This document shows, piece by piece, positions 26,088-39,009 of a stretch of DNA of 64,000 bases (positions are counted from its first letter, which is position 1; every line of letters starts with the position of its first letter). The notes beneath the pieces were generated by a model, which searched no databases, was not told the DNA's origin, and saw only the letters and a program-made list of their open reading frames with translations. Origin of the DNA: Rhynchobatus australiae. Lineage: Eukaryota. The translations under genes were made by a program, and so were the position numbers. The stretch covers positions 18,338,064 through 18,402,063 of the forward strand of contig JAUZTB010000069.1 of NCBI GenBank assembly GCA_034780895.1, written 5' to 3'.

Positions 26088-27337
26088 CTAGAAATGAAAG
26101 GGAAAAATAAATAATTCTTAGTTTATGCCCTGACTTGTGCCCATTATCAACCAGGGCAGCAACAAGGCACAGAAGTTCAGATCTCAATGCTCCAATGTGA
26201 GGAAGAGAAAAATAAAGCAATATTTCAGGTCTTGACTGATCAGTGATCCACTGGAAAGGAATTGAATTCTGGCCCAAAACAACAGATGTCTTACAATGGA
26301 ATGCTCCATTGATATTTTAAGCTTGGATAAAGCTCTGGGAAGTTGCCAAGACTGTAACCCAGCAAGGAGTCAGCATTTACTGGTGTTTATGAAGAGACAT
26401 TTAATGAGGCCAAAAAAGAAAAGTACTATACCAGAAACATATGAAAACAATGGGCATGAAACAACCAACTGGCACACATACAGGATGTCACTTCCAAGAC
26501 AGAGAAAAAACCCAGAGCTAAAGAAAGGGAAAAACCTGGAATATTTCTCTGGCCTATGTCAGCTGAGAAAAATATTGCAGATCATCACAGTGCTTGTGTA
26601 AGTATTAATTGAACACTCACATTTCATATGATAGGATCTGACCAATAGGAACCAGTTCAAGTCTATGCTGCTCTAAATAGATTTGTCTCTTACAATTGAC
26701 TTAATAAGATTCTTTAAGGTGGGAATCATTCTAGAGGCTCTCTTTTAAATTGTGTCCAGTGCTACTGTTATTATTCACCACAGGGAATATCAATAAGATC
26801 TGGCACTTATAACAATCCAAGGCATTTTACAGCCGTTTAATCAAAATACTTGTAGAGCCACATTAGAAGAGGCAGCAAATTTTAGGATCAACTTAAAAAG
26901 AAGAAAGGGAGAATGAGTCAAGAGGAAAATTCCAAAACTTAGGGTCCAGATGGCCCAAGACAAAATTGTCAACAGTGGGGTAATGAAAATTAGACTTGCA
27001 CAAGTGGCCAAAAATCAAAGGAATGCAGAGATCTTAGGGTTTGCAATGCTGGGGTGGGATTATAGAAATGGGAAGAACCATGGAGTGATTTGAAAACAAG
27101 GGATAAGATTTACACAAAATGAAACGATGATAGTCTAGAAACCAATGCAAAACAGTGACCATAGAAGGAAGGGGTGAGTAGGGTTTGGCACAGAGCTGAC
27201 CAAGAGAAATAGCTCACAGAAGACTAAAGGGAGCATAAATTGCAACTGGTCATTGAAGGGAAAAGTTGGATTTCATATTTCATCCATACATTAACTAATA
27301 GATCTGGGCCAATGATATATATAAAAAATAATTCTAC

Positions 27338-27419
27338 CTCAAGAGTTTAGGCTGCAGCAGCCGCTGGGTTGAATCATTTGCAATCGAGACTCTTAGCTTG
27401 TCCTTCTCTTTCTGCTTCC
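27338..27419 (-). CDS. SNAPC4: SNAPC4 exon (82 bp)
   Basis: ttcacag|GG AAG...AG|gtagaa; WKQKEKDKLRVSIANDSTQRLLQPKLL. Confidence 0.93.
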
Positions 27420-28277
27420 CTGTGAAAGGACAAAGATCAGAGATGAGCGTCTTTTGTAACTTATGACCTTGTCCTTCGAACCACAGAAGTGCCTGTGGTG
27501 CCCATCAGTGATGCCCATGCTCTGCAGTTGTTAGGAGGTATCAGGTGATGTCTAAAATAGATATCCCGCCAGTCCTTATTGATCAGATGCTAAGCCTTGG
27601 CCCAGCCCTGCCAATACCATGTAGCTCAGCTAAAGTACTGAATGGAGGGCCAGAGCTACATGCAACCCCAGCAGTCTACTCAGTTGCATTAACTGAAACC
27701 ACAGAGTTAAAGGCCAGCCCTGCCGGCGACACCACAACCCAAGAATGAATTTAACACCAATTGGTCAGTTTGTTTTGTTCTACGTCAAAACCTACAGTCA
27801 CTTCACATAAAATGCGACACAGATTATGTGGGCTACCAGATTACAGCCAGCTAATTGAGCACAAACTTCAGTTAAATCTGGCACTTTTATAGCAGTGTAA
27901 TAAGAAAGAGTACACTGGGGAATCTGCAGACTGAAACTAAACAGCTCAGAAAAGCCTGAAATGTATCACTGATGTTTTTTTGTCTCAATTTGTACACAAC
28001 CCCACAACAATTTGCAGGTAGTATTTTTAACATTGTAGAATGTCCTAGGACACCTCAAAAGGAGCAAAAGACAGTCAAAACATTATACGGGTTGAATATG
28101 GAGACAATGGAACATGGGAACAAAACATTGCTAAAGGAGACAGAAATTCAAGAGGAAAGGAAAGGATTAGAGAGAAAATTCCAGAACTGAGGCAGCTAAA
28201 GAGACTGACATCAAAAGTTGAACAATTAAAATTGAGACGTGGAAGGGGCCAATGTTATAGAGGTTGCTAATACTTAC

Positions 28278-28356
28278 AGCTAGTTATGAGAAATTCCTCA
28301 AAGGATTTTATGCCTTGTGTAGCCTTCTCCTTTGTGTCTTGGTTTGCTGGAGGACC
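28278..28356 (-). CDS. SNAPC4: SNAPC4 exon (79 bp)
   Basis: gatcag|GGT...T|gtaagt; GPPANQDTKEKATQGIKSFEEFLITS. Confidence 0.95.
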
Positions 28357-28792
28357 CTGATCACAATTACAGAGATATAATGTAGAAAATTGTAATCATA
28401 TATTTAAACGGTAAGCAGCTGTTGTAATTAGTGTTAGCAAACATTAATATTTGTTCAAATGATGCAGGTACAAGTAACATTAAATATCACTCATTGCTCA
28501 TCCAGTTCTTATAGCGGTTCATTAATAAACAAGTAGGTTGATCAACTGCTTCAAATGGCACTGAGTCAACTGGGGAGCATGACACTGGAGTTTCATGCAG
28601 GCCAGACCAGATAAATGGTTGCATGATTCCTTCTCTTAAAAGATCAAGTAAATCAGTTGGAATTTGAGAAGAAACTTTTAGTCATTTTCCTCTAGATGGG
28701 GGAATGAGATAGATCTGCTGGTGCACAGTAAGCAGGTATAAACACCAGAAACAATTAACAATTTTTTTGTTAAATAGTTCAAAAACACTCAC

Positions 28793-28915
28793 AAGTCCAG
28801 TCACTTTATCCTTGAAGTATGGTTTCATGAAGTGCCCCAGGAAGAGGGAGGACTGACTCTTTGCTGATTTTGACTTCTCAACACCTTGTCCTGCCAGGTC
28901 ACACATGATTTCAGC
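28793..28915 (-). CDS. SNAPC4: SNAPC4 exon (123 bp)
   Basis: cctgcag|GCT...CTT|gtgagt; AEIMCDLAG...FLGHFMKPYFKDKVTGL. Confidence 0.95.
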
Positions 28916-30249
28916 CTGCAGGAGATAAAAGGGAATTGTGCATTCATGAACGGAGGAAGAATATAGGATAAATATATTTCACAAATTCAAAAGGAAGATT
29001 ACTTAGGTATTGTAAGGGTCTACTGTAGATGCACCAGAATTTTGCCAGGACTAAATTACTGATGACAGGTTACACAGATGAGGATAATATTCCCCACATG
29101 CAGTTAGAGCATTTGAAATACCAGATTTTGTCTGGTGGGCGAGTCTAGAAGGGGCCATAATCTAAGAATTGTCAGCTGGTATTCATTGGGTAGTGCATTA
29201 ATCCAGGTCAGAAGGCTATTGGCTNNNNNNNNNNNNNTGGGGTGAGCACAAAACTCTAGCTGACACTCCAGTAACACAAGGTAAAAGACAAACAGCACTA
29301 CCTCGAAGAACAGGAGAGTTACTAATATCTATCTCCCAGCTTTCACCCAAAAAAAATGATTTAACAATATTTAAACTGCTGTTAGTGAGCTTGTTGTGCA
29401 GAAATTAGCTACACTGCAACAACTGCACTTATCAAAAGTACCTCCTTGCCCACAAACTACCCTGATACATCCTCCAGTGATCTTACTGAAACATACAAAA
29501 TTCTTGTAGAGCTTCGGGGTAGATGTAGTGTTCGTGTCTCCCCTGGTTACATTAGAGCTAGGCTAATCAGGGTAATGTCCTGCAGCACTTATTCAATTGA
29601 GCAACTGGAACAGATCCACCAGAAAAGCTGTTGAGTGAGCAGTGGATGTCAATTGAAAATTTTAAAACTAAGATTAACAGATTTCTGTCAGGTATGAAGG
29701 ATCACTAATCAAAGACAACTGGATAAGAATAGAAGAACCAGAAGTAGAAGTGGGCCATTCACCCCCTCGTGCTTGGTCTGCTATTCAGTAAATTCATGGC
29801 TAATCTACCTCTGCAACCCTTTTCTGTACTAATCCCACATCATTCAGTTTTCTTGATATCTAAAGATCAATGGGTCTCTCCGTTGAATACAGGTCCTCCC
29901 CAGATTACAGAAAGGTTCCAGACAGTTTGCAAGTCAGAAATGAGGCCGCGAACTGGGTTCCCACAGCAGCTGGCAAGTGCATCCTGCCAGTCTCCCAAAC
30001 TTTTGTATGGGCCGTACTCATGACAGGTGTTCGTAACCTGGGAAGAACTTGAATACTCAGCAAATTAGTCTCTGCAGCCCTCTTCCATAGTGAACTCCAA
30101 AGATTCACTAACCCCTGGATAAATTTTTTTCCTTATCTGTCCTTAACCACAGGAAACATGAACACTACACCCACCCTGAAAAGCTGCACAAGAATTTTGG
30201 ATGTTTCAATAAGACTACTATTTATCCTTCCAAACTCAAGACAGCAAGA

Positions 30250-31800
30250 CCTTAAGATGTAGGAGCAGAATTAGGCCATTCAACCCATCAAGTCTGCATT
30301 GCCATTGAATCATGGTTGATTTATTTTTCCCCCTTAACCCATTCTCCTCATAACCCCCATAACCCATTTCAGGAGCTCATAACCATAAGGGCCTCATAAC
30401 CTCTGATGCCCTTACTAATCAAGAACCTAGCAACCTCCACGTTATATATACCCAATGACTTGGCCTCCACAGCTCTCTGTGGCAATGAATTCCACAGATT
30501 CACCACCGTCTGGCTAAAGAAATTCCTCCTCATCTCAGTTCTAAAGGGATGCCCTTTTATTCTCAGGCTGTGCCCTCTGGACATGCAGAGATGTTTCTAG
30601 TAGTGGGAGTCTCAAACCACTCTATCCAGGCCTTTCAATATCCAGGAGATTTCAATGAGATTCCCCCTCATCCTTCTAAACTCCCGTGAGTACAGGCCCA
30701 GAGCCATCAAACACTCCTCATACATTAATCCTTTCAGCCCTGGGATCATTCTCATAAACCTCCTTGGCACCCTCTCCAATGCACCTCATATTTCTGAATT
30801 CTCTCCCCATTTAGAAAATAGACTATGCCATTTATTCCTTCTACCACAGTGCATGACCATATACTTCCCTACACTGTATTCCATCTGCCACTTCTTTGCC
30901 CATTCTCCCAACCTATCCCAGTCCTTCTGTAGACTCCCTGCTTCCTCAATACTACCTACCCCTCCACCTATCTTTACACCATCTGCAAAATTTGGCCACA
31001 AAGCCATCAATTTCATCATCCAGATCATTAACATACAACACGAAAAGTAGCAGACCCAACACCAACCCCTGAGGAACACCACCAGTCACTAGCAGCCAAC
31101 CAGAAAAAGCCCCCTTATTCCCACTCTTTGCCTTCTGCCAATCTTTTGTCCATGCTAGTACCTTTCCTATAATATCATGGGCTCCTATCTTGTTTAGCAG
31201 CCTCATGTATGGCACCTTGTCAAACACCTTCTGAAAATCGAACAAAACAACATCCACTGACTCTCCTTAGTCTATTCTGCCATCATTAACCATCCTCAAT
31301 ATCCATCACCACCGGGGACATGCCCTCTTCACGTTACTACCATCAGCGAGGAGGTACAGGAGCCTGAAGACCACACTCAACATTTCAGGAACTGCATCTT
31401 CCCCTCCACCATCAGATTTCTGAACAGTCCATGAACATTACCTCATTATTCCTCTTTTGCACTATTTAGTTTNNNNNNNNNNNNNNNNNNNNNNNNNNNN
31501 NNNNNNNNNNNNNNNNNNNNNNNNNNNNNNNNNNNNNNNNNNNNNNNNNNNNNNNNNNNNNNNNNNNNNNNNNNNNNNNNNNNNNNNNNNNNNNNNNNNN
31601 NNNNNNNNNNNNNNNNNNNNNNAGATTTGTCAGGCAAGATCTCCTCTTGAGTAAACCATGCTATTTGGCCTATTTATCATGTGCTTCCAAGTACCCCAAA
31701 ACATCATGCTTAATAATGGACTCTAAAATTTTACCAACCACTGAAGTTAGGCTAACTGGCTGATAATTTCCCATCTTTTGCCTCCATCCCTTCTCAAAGT
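30250..31800 (-). mobile_element. CR1 LINE, RT domain to 3' UTR, frameshifted
   Basis: NYQPVSLTSVVGKILESII, DFQKVFDKVP, GVPQGLVLGLLLFVLYVNDLD, FADGVKIGG, RNFFSQTVVNLWNSLP. Confidence 0.93.
31280..31450 (+). mobile_element. Rex1/Babar-like LINE 3' fragment nested in the CR1
   Basis: GHALFTLLPSARRYRSLKT followed by a frameshifted FRNCIFPSTIRFLN, the Rex1/Babar-type ORF C-terminus. Confidence 0.75.
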
Positions 31801-33966
31801 AAAGGCCTAGAATGCATAATCTCTCCTTCTGCAACAAACCTTCCATCCAGATGCAGTCTATTTGGACTCCACATAATTGGAGCAAGATGGCACCACTCCT
31901 GAACTTAAATCCTCTTGCGATAAAGGTGAAAATATGTCTTCCTAATGAGTTTGCTGAAACACATTAACTATCAGTGATTCGTGTCAAAAAACACACAAGT
32001 CCCTCTGAACACCAAAACCCTTCAACCTCTCACCATTAAAAAAAGGCTGTTTTACCATTTTTCCTACCAAAGTGGATGACCTCAATATTTAATCTGCCAT
32101 GTCTTCTAGTTACTTCAAGAAAAGAATTTGTCAAACATGATTTCTCTTTCCAATCTTACTATTTTCTAAATACCTTGCTATCAATTCCTTAAGAGATTAC
32201 AGCATTTTCCTTCCCATTGACGTCAGGTTGGATGAAATACAATTCAGTTCAACCATAATTTAACTGGATGGTGGAACAGGCTCAAGGGAGTTCATGTACT
32301 CCAGATTTTTACCATTAATCTCCTTGGTTCCTCATTTGTCTACGGGAACTAATTAGCAGCGTAATGAAGGATGACATGTGCAGTCCTCACAACAGGGACT
32401 TTTGAGTGGGATGATAGATCTCAGCCCTCAGCATGAAATAGAAAGAAATCATTTGTATTGTAGCAACTCTGAGGATGGGTGACAATGCCTCAATTTGATC
32501 TTATTCATCCAGACAAGATTGAAAATCACAAGTACTTTAAACAGAAGTCCGTAAAATATTACAGAAAGAAGGGCTTGAAATCATTTGATTGACATTTACA
32601 ATCATTGCAACATTATACTGATGAAGTAGTTTCTAAATGCCTGCTACGTTCCAATGAACCTCATATGCACCTTATATGCATATATAACCTTATATGCACC
32701 TCATCTCCTGTCCATTCACGTGCAGCCCTTGGGACTGAGTATCAAACTCAATTTCAGATAACTGGAGAAAATACTGGAAACACTAGGCAGATTGGGCAGC
32801 ATCTGAGGAAAGAGAAAGTGTTAACGAGACCTGAAACAATAATTGTTTCTTTTTTCAAAGATACTGTCGCCCAGCTAAGTATTTCCTGCATTTGCTGTTT
32901 TTATTTCAGTTTTCCAGCAGCTGCAGTTTTTTAAGATTTATTTTAAATAACTTGTCTTTTCTGGCCAATTCTGATACAAAGTCATCCACAGTTTTTCCCT
33001 CTCTATGCTACCTGAGCTGTTGAGTATTTCCAGCATTTTCTTTTGTTTCAGATTTCCGCCAGTTGCTGCGCACTGCTGNNNNNNNNNNNNNNNNNNNNNN
33101 NNNNNNNNNNNNNNNNNNNNNNNNNNNNNNNNNNNNNNNNNNNNNNNNNNNNNNNNNNNNNNNNNNNNNNNNNNNNNNNNNNNNNNNNNNNNNNNNNNNN
33201 NNNNNNNCTTGATTTGTACTTCCTCTCAGACAGTTTGTTTTCGTCACAGCTCCCTCTGTCTGCAACTGATAACATATTTAAAAAACCAGGTATTTGTTTG
33301 GGGGCAGTGTGGAGAAGGCTCACTGGGTTGATTCCTGTGATGAACCGTACATATATAAAGAGAGGATGATGTTGGGTCATTGACCTGAAAGTTTTCTCCC
33401 TCCACAGATGCTTCCTGATCAGCTGAATGTCTATAGCTTTTTCTGTTTTTACTTCAAAATACCTCATAAGGCACAGGCATACATTGAGGAAGTTCCATAG
33501 TTAATTCTGGGTCTGAGCAAGTTAGGTGATCTGCAATTCACCTCAGACTCCCTGGGATAGGAAATGGGGGTAAAGAACTGTGAATGCCCCAGTAGCTGAT
33601 CACTATGTACACACTACAATGAAAAAAAGTTAGGATCATAATTGTGTGTTTAGACTTATATCCAGGCACATTCGATTCAGGCCAAGACATGACAACCACT
33701 TAACTGTGGTACAGGATTTCAATCATCCCATGGTCGCCTTCCACTTCCCTTTTAAAGCACTAACAGACAATAATGGAGGAACAAGAAAAGGAGGTGGTTG
33801 AGAGGACAAAACCTTGCAGTACTTTAGTGCTGAATCCTTCATTGTACCGGACCAGCAAGGTGGCCAACACCTCCAAAAGAAAGTTGGACCAGTGAAAAAA
33901 TTCTGCCATTCACAGGTTACCACGAATGCCCAACTTTCTCAACCCACCTCAGCCCCAAACACTTAC

Positions 33967-34146
33967 CTGTTGTTCCTTATTATGGGTGAGCAGCAACTCC
34001 AGGTCCTGCAGCTTCTCCACAATCACCTCCTGGTACACCAGATTCATCTGCAGGCAGGTTTCAGGGTCCTCAGGAAGGTCATCGCCCTCATCATCCGAAA
34101 TGCTGTCCGGGAGCTGAGCTGCAGTTTCCCCGCCAGAGGTCTCCAC
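33967..34146 (-). CDS. SNAPC4: SNAPC4 exon (180 bp)
   Basis: tgtattcag|GTG...CAG|gtaagt; LPEDPETCLQMNLVYQEVIVEKLQDLELLLTHNKEQQ closely matches human SNAPC4. Confidence 0.93.
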
Positions 34147-34689
34147 CTGAATACAACAACAGTTACTTCTTCCACCATCCCCTCTCTCATCATCTGCACT
34201 TCCTAAAAGATTTGTGGAATATCTGTGGATCTGGTCCACAGGAACAATAGCTTAAGATTATTTTTTAAAGAAAGATTGGCATGGAAGTGGAGGCACCCAT
34301 GGCTTGCTTGGCAGCGATGTCTCCCAATTAAGGCTTCTGGTTGTTTTCATTATAATTCATTTATGGCTGTAGTTTAGCTGACCAGGCCAGCATTTTTTGC
34401 CCATCCACAAATATTCATGAACAGAGAATCAGTTACATTCTTGAACTTCAATTTATATGATAAGTGTATTCTCATGGCTCAGGGGGGTAGGGAATTACAG
34501 TATTTGGAGCCAAGGATTGGAGAGAATGAATGAATGTATAGGAAGAGGACTAGGCACCAGTTGAGCTGCTGTATCCTAGAAATAGTCAAACTCCCATCAA
34601 ACTCCTGGCTTGTTCATTGTAGATGGTGGAATGGATTATTTAGTAGACCAAAAACACGTAGAGTATTCAGGGAACTTTATACTTTCTTT

Positions 34690-35405
34690 GGAGATGATGT
34701 AGAGAAGGTTCACTAGGTTGATTCCTGAAATGAAACAGCTCATGTATAAAGAGAGGTTGAGCAGATTGGCCTACACTCATTGGAGTTTGGAAGAATGAGA
34801 ACCGATTACTAAAACAAAGTTTTTTTTAAAAAAGGTTATTTACAGTGTGGTAACAGGCCCTTCTGACCCAACAAGTCCGCGTTGCCCATTTTAAACCCAA
34901 ATTAACCTACCCGTACGTCTTTAGAATATGGGAGGAAACAGGAGCACCCGGAGGAAACCCCCACAGACACGGAGAATGTATAAACTCCTTAGAGACAGCG
35001 ATGGGAATAGAACCCTGATCGCTGGCGCTGTAATGGCATTGAGATAACCGCTACACTACCGTACCGTGCTGAGGGGGATTGACAGAGTGGATGCTGAGAT
35101 GATTTTTTTTCCCTAGTGGGGCTATCCAGAATGAGGGGACATAGTTTCAGAACAAGGGATCACACATACATATAAGATGGAGATGAAGAGTTTCTTCTCT
35201 CAGAGGTTTATGGTCTTTGGAATCTTCTACCCCAGAGAGTTATGGAGTCATTGAATACATTCAAGGTGGAGACTGATAGATATTTGAAGTTGAAAGGAGT
35301 GAAGAGGTATGGAGAGAAAACAGCAAAGTCACTTAGAGGTCAACACTGAAATGGCAGAGCAGGCAAGGGGGCCAACTGGTTTACTTCTGTTTCTTATGTT
35401 CTTAT
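34690..35405 (+). mobile_element. CR1 LINE 3' fragment interrupted by a SINE
   Basis: aggttcactaggttgattcctg...gagaggttgagcagattggcc...ttcttctctcagagg...tggaatcttctaccccagagag, and tail ttcttatgttcttat. Confidence 0.8.
34835..35069 (-). mobile_element. tRNA-derived V-SINE (HE1-like)
   Basis: Reverse strand has an A/B-box head and the V-domain ggagtttatacattctccgtgtctgtgggggtttcctccgggtgctcctgtttcctccca, then a CR1-like tail. Confidence 0.85.
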
Positions 35406-35899
35406 CTTTCCTTCTAATCTTGTGACATGGGTTGGTAATCAGTAGGTAAGTTGGAGAAAGTGAATAGGATAAATGGAACATTCTGTGATGAATAGTAAGG
35501 TGTGAGCAGTATCTACAGGGACTCAGATTTTCATCTTATTTATGTATGCCCCAGATGAAGGAAAATAGTTGTATATCTTGTCCAGATAATAGGTCATAAG
35601 ACACAATAAATTATTTTTTTTTTAGTTAGGTTCATTATCCAGTGCACCTTGTTGTAAAGGTATATGTGGGGCAGGTAGGAAAGAAGTACAAATGCAAAGA
35701 AGGGAAGAACTTTTAATCTTCCAATTCAAAAACAGCAATGAAACCCAGAAAGGTTGGCAATCCACCTACATGAAGCATCATTCCAATTGAGATTGCTCAA
35801 TGGCTCAGAGGTTTGCTCTGAGCCAGCCTGCCTTTTTACAAACTATTGCTGTTTCTGGAAGAGACACTTTGGGACTAGGTCATGCAAAGGGTTCCCTAC

Positions 35900-35937
35900 C
35901 AGTTGGATACACTCCGCTTCCTCTTCATCATATCCTG
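35900..35937 (-). CDS. SNAPC4: Probable SNAPC4 short acidic exon (second coding exon)
   Basis: cttttgcttttactccag|CA GGA TAT GAT GAA GAG GAA...CTG|gtaggg; phase 1 to 0 fits the next exon; low sequence conservation. Confidence 0.6.
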
Positions 35938-37354
35938 CTGGAGTAAAAGCAAAAGGCATTACCTTACAAATGCAGCAAATCAAGATGCTGGGAAAAACAT
36001 TCCATTTGATATTGCTTATCAGAGATATCAAACTACACAAAAAGGGAATTATGTAATGCTAACNNNNNNNNNNNNNNNNNNNNNNNNNNNNNNNNNNNNN
36101 NNNNNNNNNNNNNNNNNNNNNNNNNNNNNNNNNNNNNNNNNNNNNNNNNNNNNNNNNNNNNNNNNTAAAAGAAGTTTTTCCAGTTTCGTTAGACATGGTA
36201 GCTGGATTTATAAAACACCATTAGGAAGTGACACTAATGCACAAAACCCCAACACCATTCATAATGCAGATTTTGGTCACTGGTGATTCTGAGCTCTAAA
36301 ACCCTCTTTAATGTTATGTATAATGCAGCAATATATCATGAAAGTGTACATTAATATCACTCCCCATACCCCCTCCTTAAGCCTTACTGGTAACTTTAGC
36401 TCAGAGAGAAGATTAAATGTTCATCTCCTGGTCAGAGACACCCAGTAGAGGGTTGGCAATACCAGGTCAGAAAACCCTCAGCTCATCACAGCCTTTGATC
36501 CTCATTCAGATTACATCTTCAATGGATTAAAATAAAGATGATAAACCCACGGATCACATCCCCATCTGACCTCCTTCAATACAATGCAATCAAAACATCC
36601 TTCCTCACCCCAAACAAGCTTTCACTTTTCTGTTTACATCACTAAAATCTCCTCTACCTATTCTACCAGTCTTCTGCACCCACATACCCTCCCACCACTT
36701 CACCATACCAAATTGCAACACCACTGTCCCCCCACTCATCCTCTACTACTTCATCCTTGCTCACCTCTTATTGCCTTCTCTCCTTTTTTTTAAAACAGTT
36801 AGCCAGAAATTTAATGGAAATAGATTCACATTTTATGTGGTAACTTGATTGCTCTCTCCAACAGAGCTGGCCGAGCTACTAACATTTTGTTTTTGTGAAG
36901 AATGTTGATTCAACTATGCACATTTTTCATTTATAATCCTTATTGCCAGATTCCTTTTTTTCCCTTCTCTGAAACTTCTTTTCAACAATACCATCATTAT
37001 AGGAAACTCAGAATAGCAATCCAAATAAGACATCACCCACAGATAAAATCAGAATGATCTCAGTGTAGATTGTTAAGTGTCCATATTTTAAAAATGACAG
37101 AGTACCATGATCACTGAAATGTTGCTTATTTACATCCAGCTTGCNNNNNNNNNNNNNNNNNNNNNNNNNNNNNNNNNNNNNNNNNNNNNNNNNNNNNNNN
37201 NNNNNNNNNNNNNNNNNNNNNNNNNNNNNNNNNNNNNNNNNNNNNNNNNNNNNNNNNNNNNNNNNNNNNNNNNNNNNNNNNNNNNNNNNNNNNNNNNNNN
37301 NNNNNNNNNNNNNNNNNNNNNNNNNNNNNNNNNNNNNNNNNNNNNNNNNNNNNN

Positions 37355-37704
37355 GGAACAGTTGCTGCTGGTCGTGTCAGTGGATCTTGGGACTGGAACC
37401 GATATGTCTTGCATCACTTTCCATTGAAGACGTGGATAATTTGTATATATTTGGATTTATGATAACTAGATTTCTGCTTATCGGCTGTGGAGGAGTCCTG
37501 ATTTATCAAAAAGTGAAAGCAACCCTGACAGAGGTTTGGGCCGTTCAGAAGCTGTTGGGCACATTGGAAGGCTTGTGCCGCGCTGGAAGCACACAGACTA
37601 TACAGTCTCAGCAGCTGAGTGCTCAGTAGCTGGGAGAGTTGGGCCGCAAGATGGATGTGATTCTGACGAGGATCACAGCCCTAGAGCGGACCTCTGGGAT
37701 GTAG
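37355..37704 (+). pseudogene. Decayed, probably repeat-borne ORF for a small single-pass membrane protein
   Basis: CLASLSIEDVDNLYIFGFMITRFLLIGCGGVLIYQKVK (hydrophobic segment then basic residues) and a heptad-like tail; one frameshift and one internal TAG. Confidence 0.55.
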
Positions 37705-39009
37705 GATTACATCTGGGTGAAGCTTCAGACGGTGAAGAGGCGAGAGAACCCCGAAATTTGGCTGATTGAAGTTTTTTGCCACTTTCAGAGTTTCAGTTAA
37801 GACATTAAAAAACAGCAGAAATCTCAAGGCTGTTTTTGTCCCAAACAATCGTGTTTATCTATTGGCTCCCAGCAGCTGTGGCCTTGATTGCCACGCTATC
37901 TGAAAACTCCCCAGGATGATACGTCAACAAAAGGACTGACTCCCTTCCTCCCCCATCACCCTCCAAACTCCATCCATATCCCCATTCTAAATCCCCTACT
38001 CCAATCCTAATCTAGCATCCCACCTCATTTCCCCACTTGTCACTCACCCGATTCTCTCGACTGACCGCCATCAACCTAAACTCTTCATGTCTTCCGCACC
38101 ACTCCAAGCTTCCATTTCTAAACCTCATCCCCACTCTATACTATATGCACTCAAATTCCCATTCACACTACAAGCCTCAAAGTGCATCCCATAAAATCCC
38201 TCCATGATTCACGTCACATGATGCAACATTTACCTATTATTCCCCACATTTCATATTCCAAAACCTACCAATCACCTCTGTTGTACCCAATGCCGGCCAC
38301 GATCTCCATCATGTGCTCCCATTGAACCCAATGCATTTGGCATGTCAGTGGGCCCATACCCCAGAAACCAAGTTCAATTTTCAACCAAAGGAAGTTTGAA
38401 AATTCAGTTTTTTAAAAATCTGAAAACAAAGCTGGGATCTTAAAGTGCCTGTGAAACTGCTAGATTGTTGTACAGGCATAACTGGTTTTCTAATATTGAG
38501 AAACATAACTGCTGCCTTTTCACAGTTTTAGTTTGTATATGATTTAATATTAAATTTACAAGATGAAAGATAGGCCTTATGAAAATACAGCACCCCCTTT
38601 GTGCTGTATTAGACCATTTGCTTGGTCATGCATGAATGTCTGGAGCCAGATTTGAAGTCATACAAGAGAATTCTAAGTAAGGGTGAGTTTTACAGATAGT
38701 AAAAATTTGGGGGGACAGTTTCATTGAAATATAGGGCATATTGAAATCAAATATGTGGTTAGATGAGGAATGAAATAAGAATGATAAAATTCAAGGATTT
38801 CCATTAATCTGGATGCATGAGTTGTTGATTTATTCCTGATATGTACATGAATTATAAATAATTTCCATCATTCCAGTATATTATACAAATTCTTAAATAG
38901 ACATCTCAATGTTAAAAATATAGTTTCTTCAAAACCAGTTTAGCGAGGAACATCACAACTGAAAATCCAGCTTTTTTTTCTAATTCTATATTATAAGGCA
39001 TATGCCTGG

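Noticed and set aside
35000-35069. tRNA-like A/B boxes
   Set aside because: Head of a V-SINE, with no complete cloverleaf
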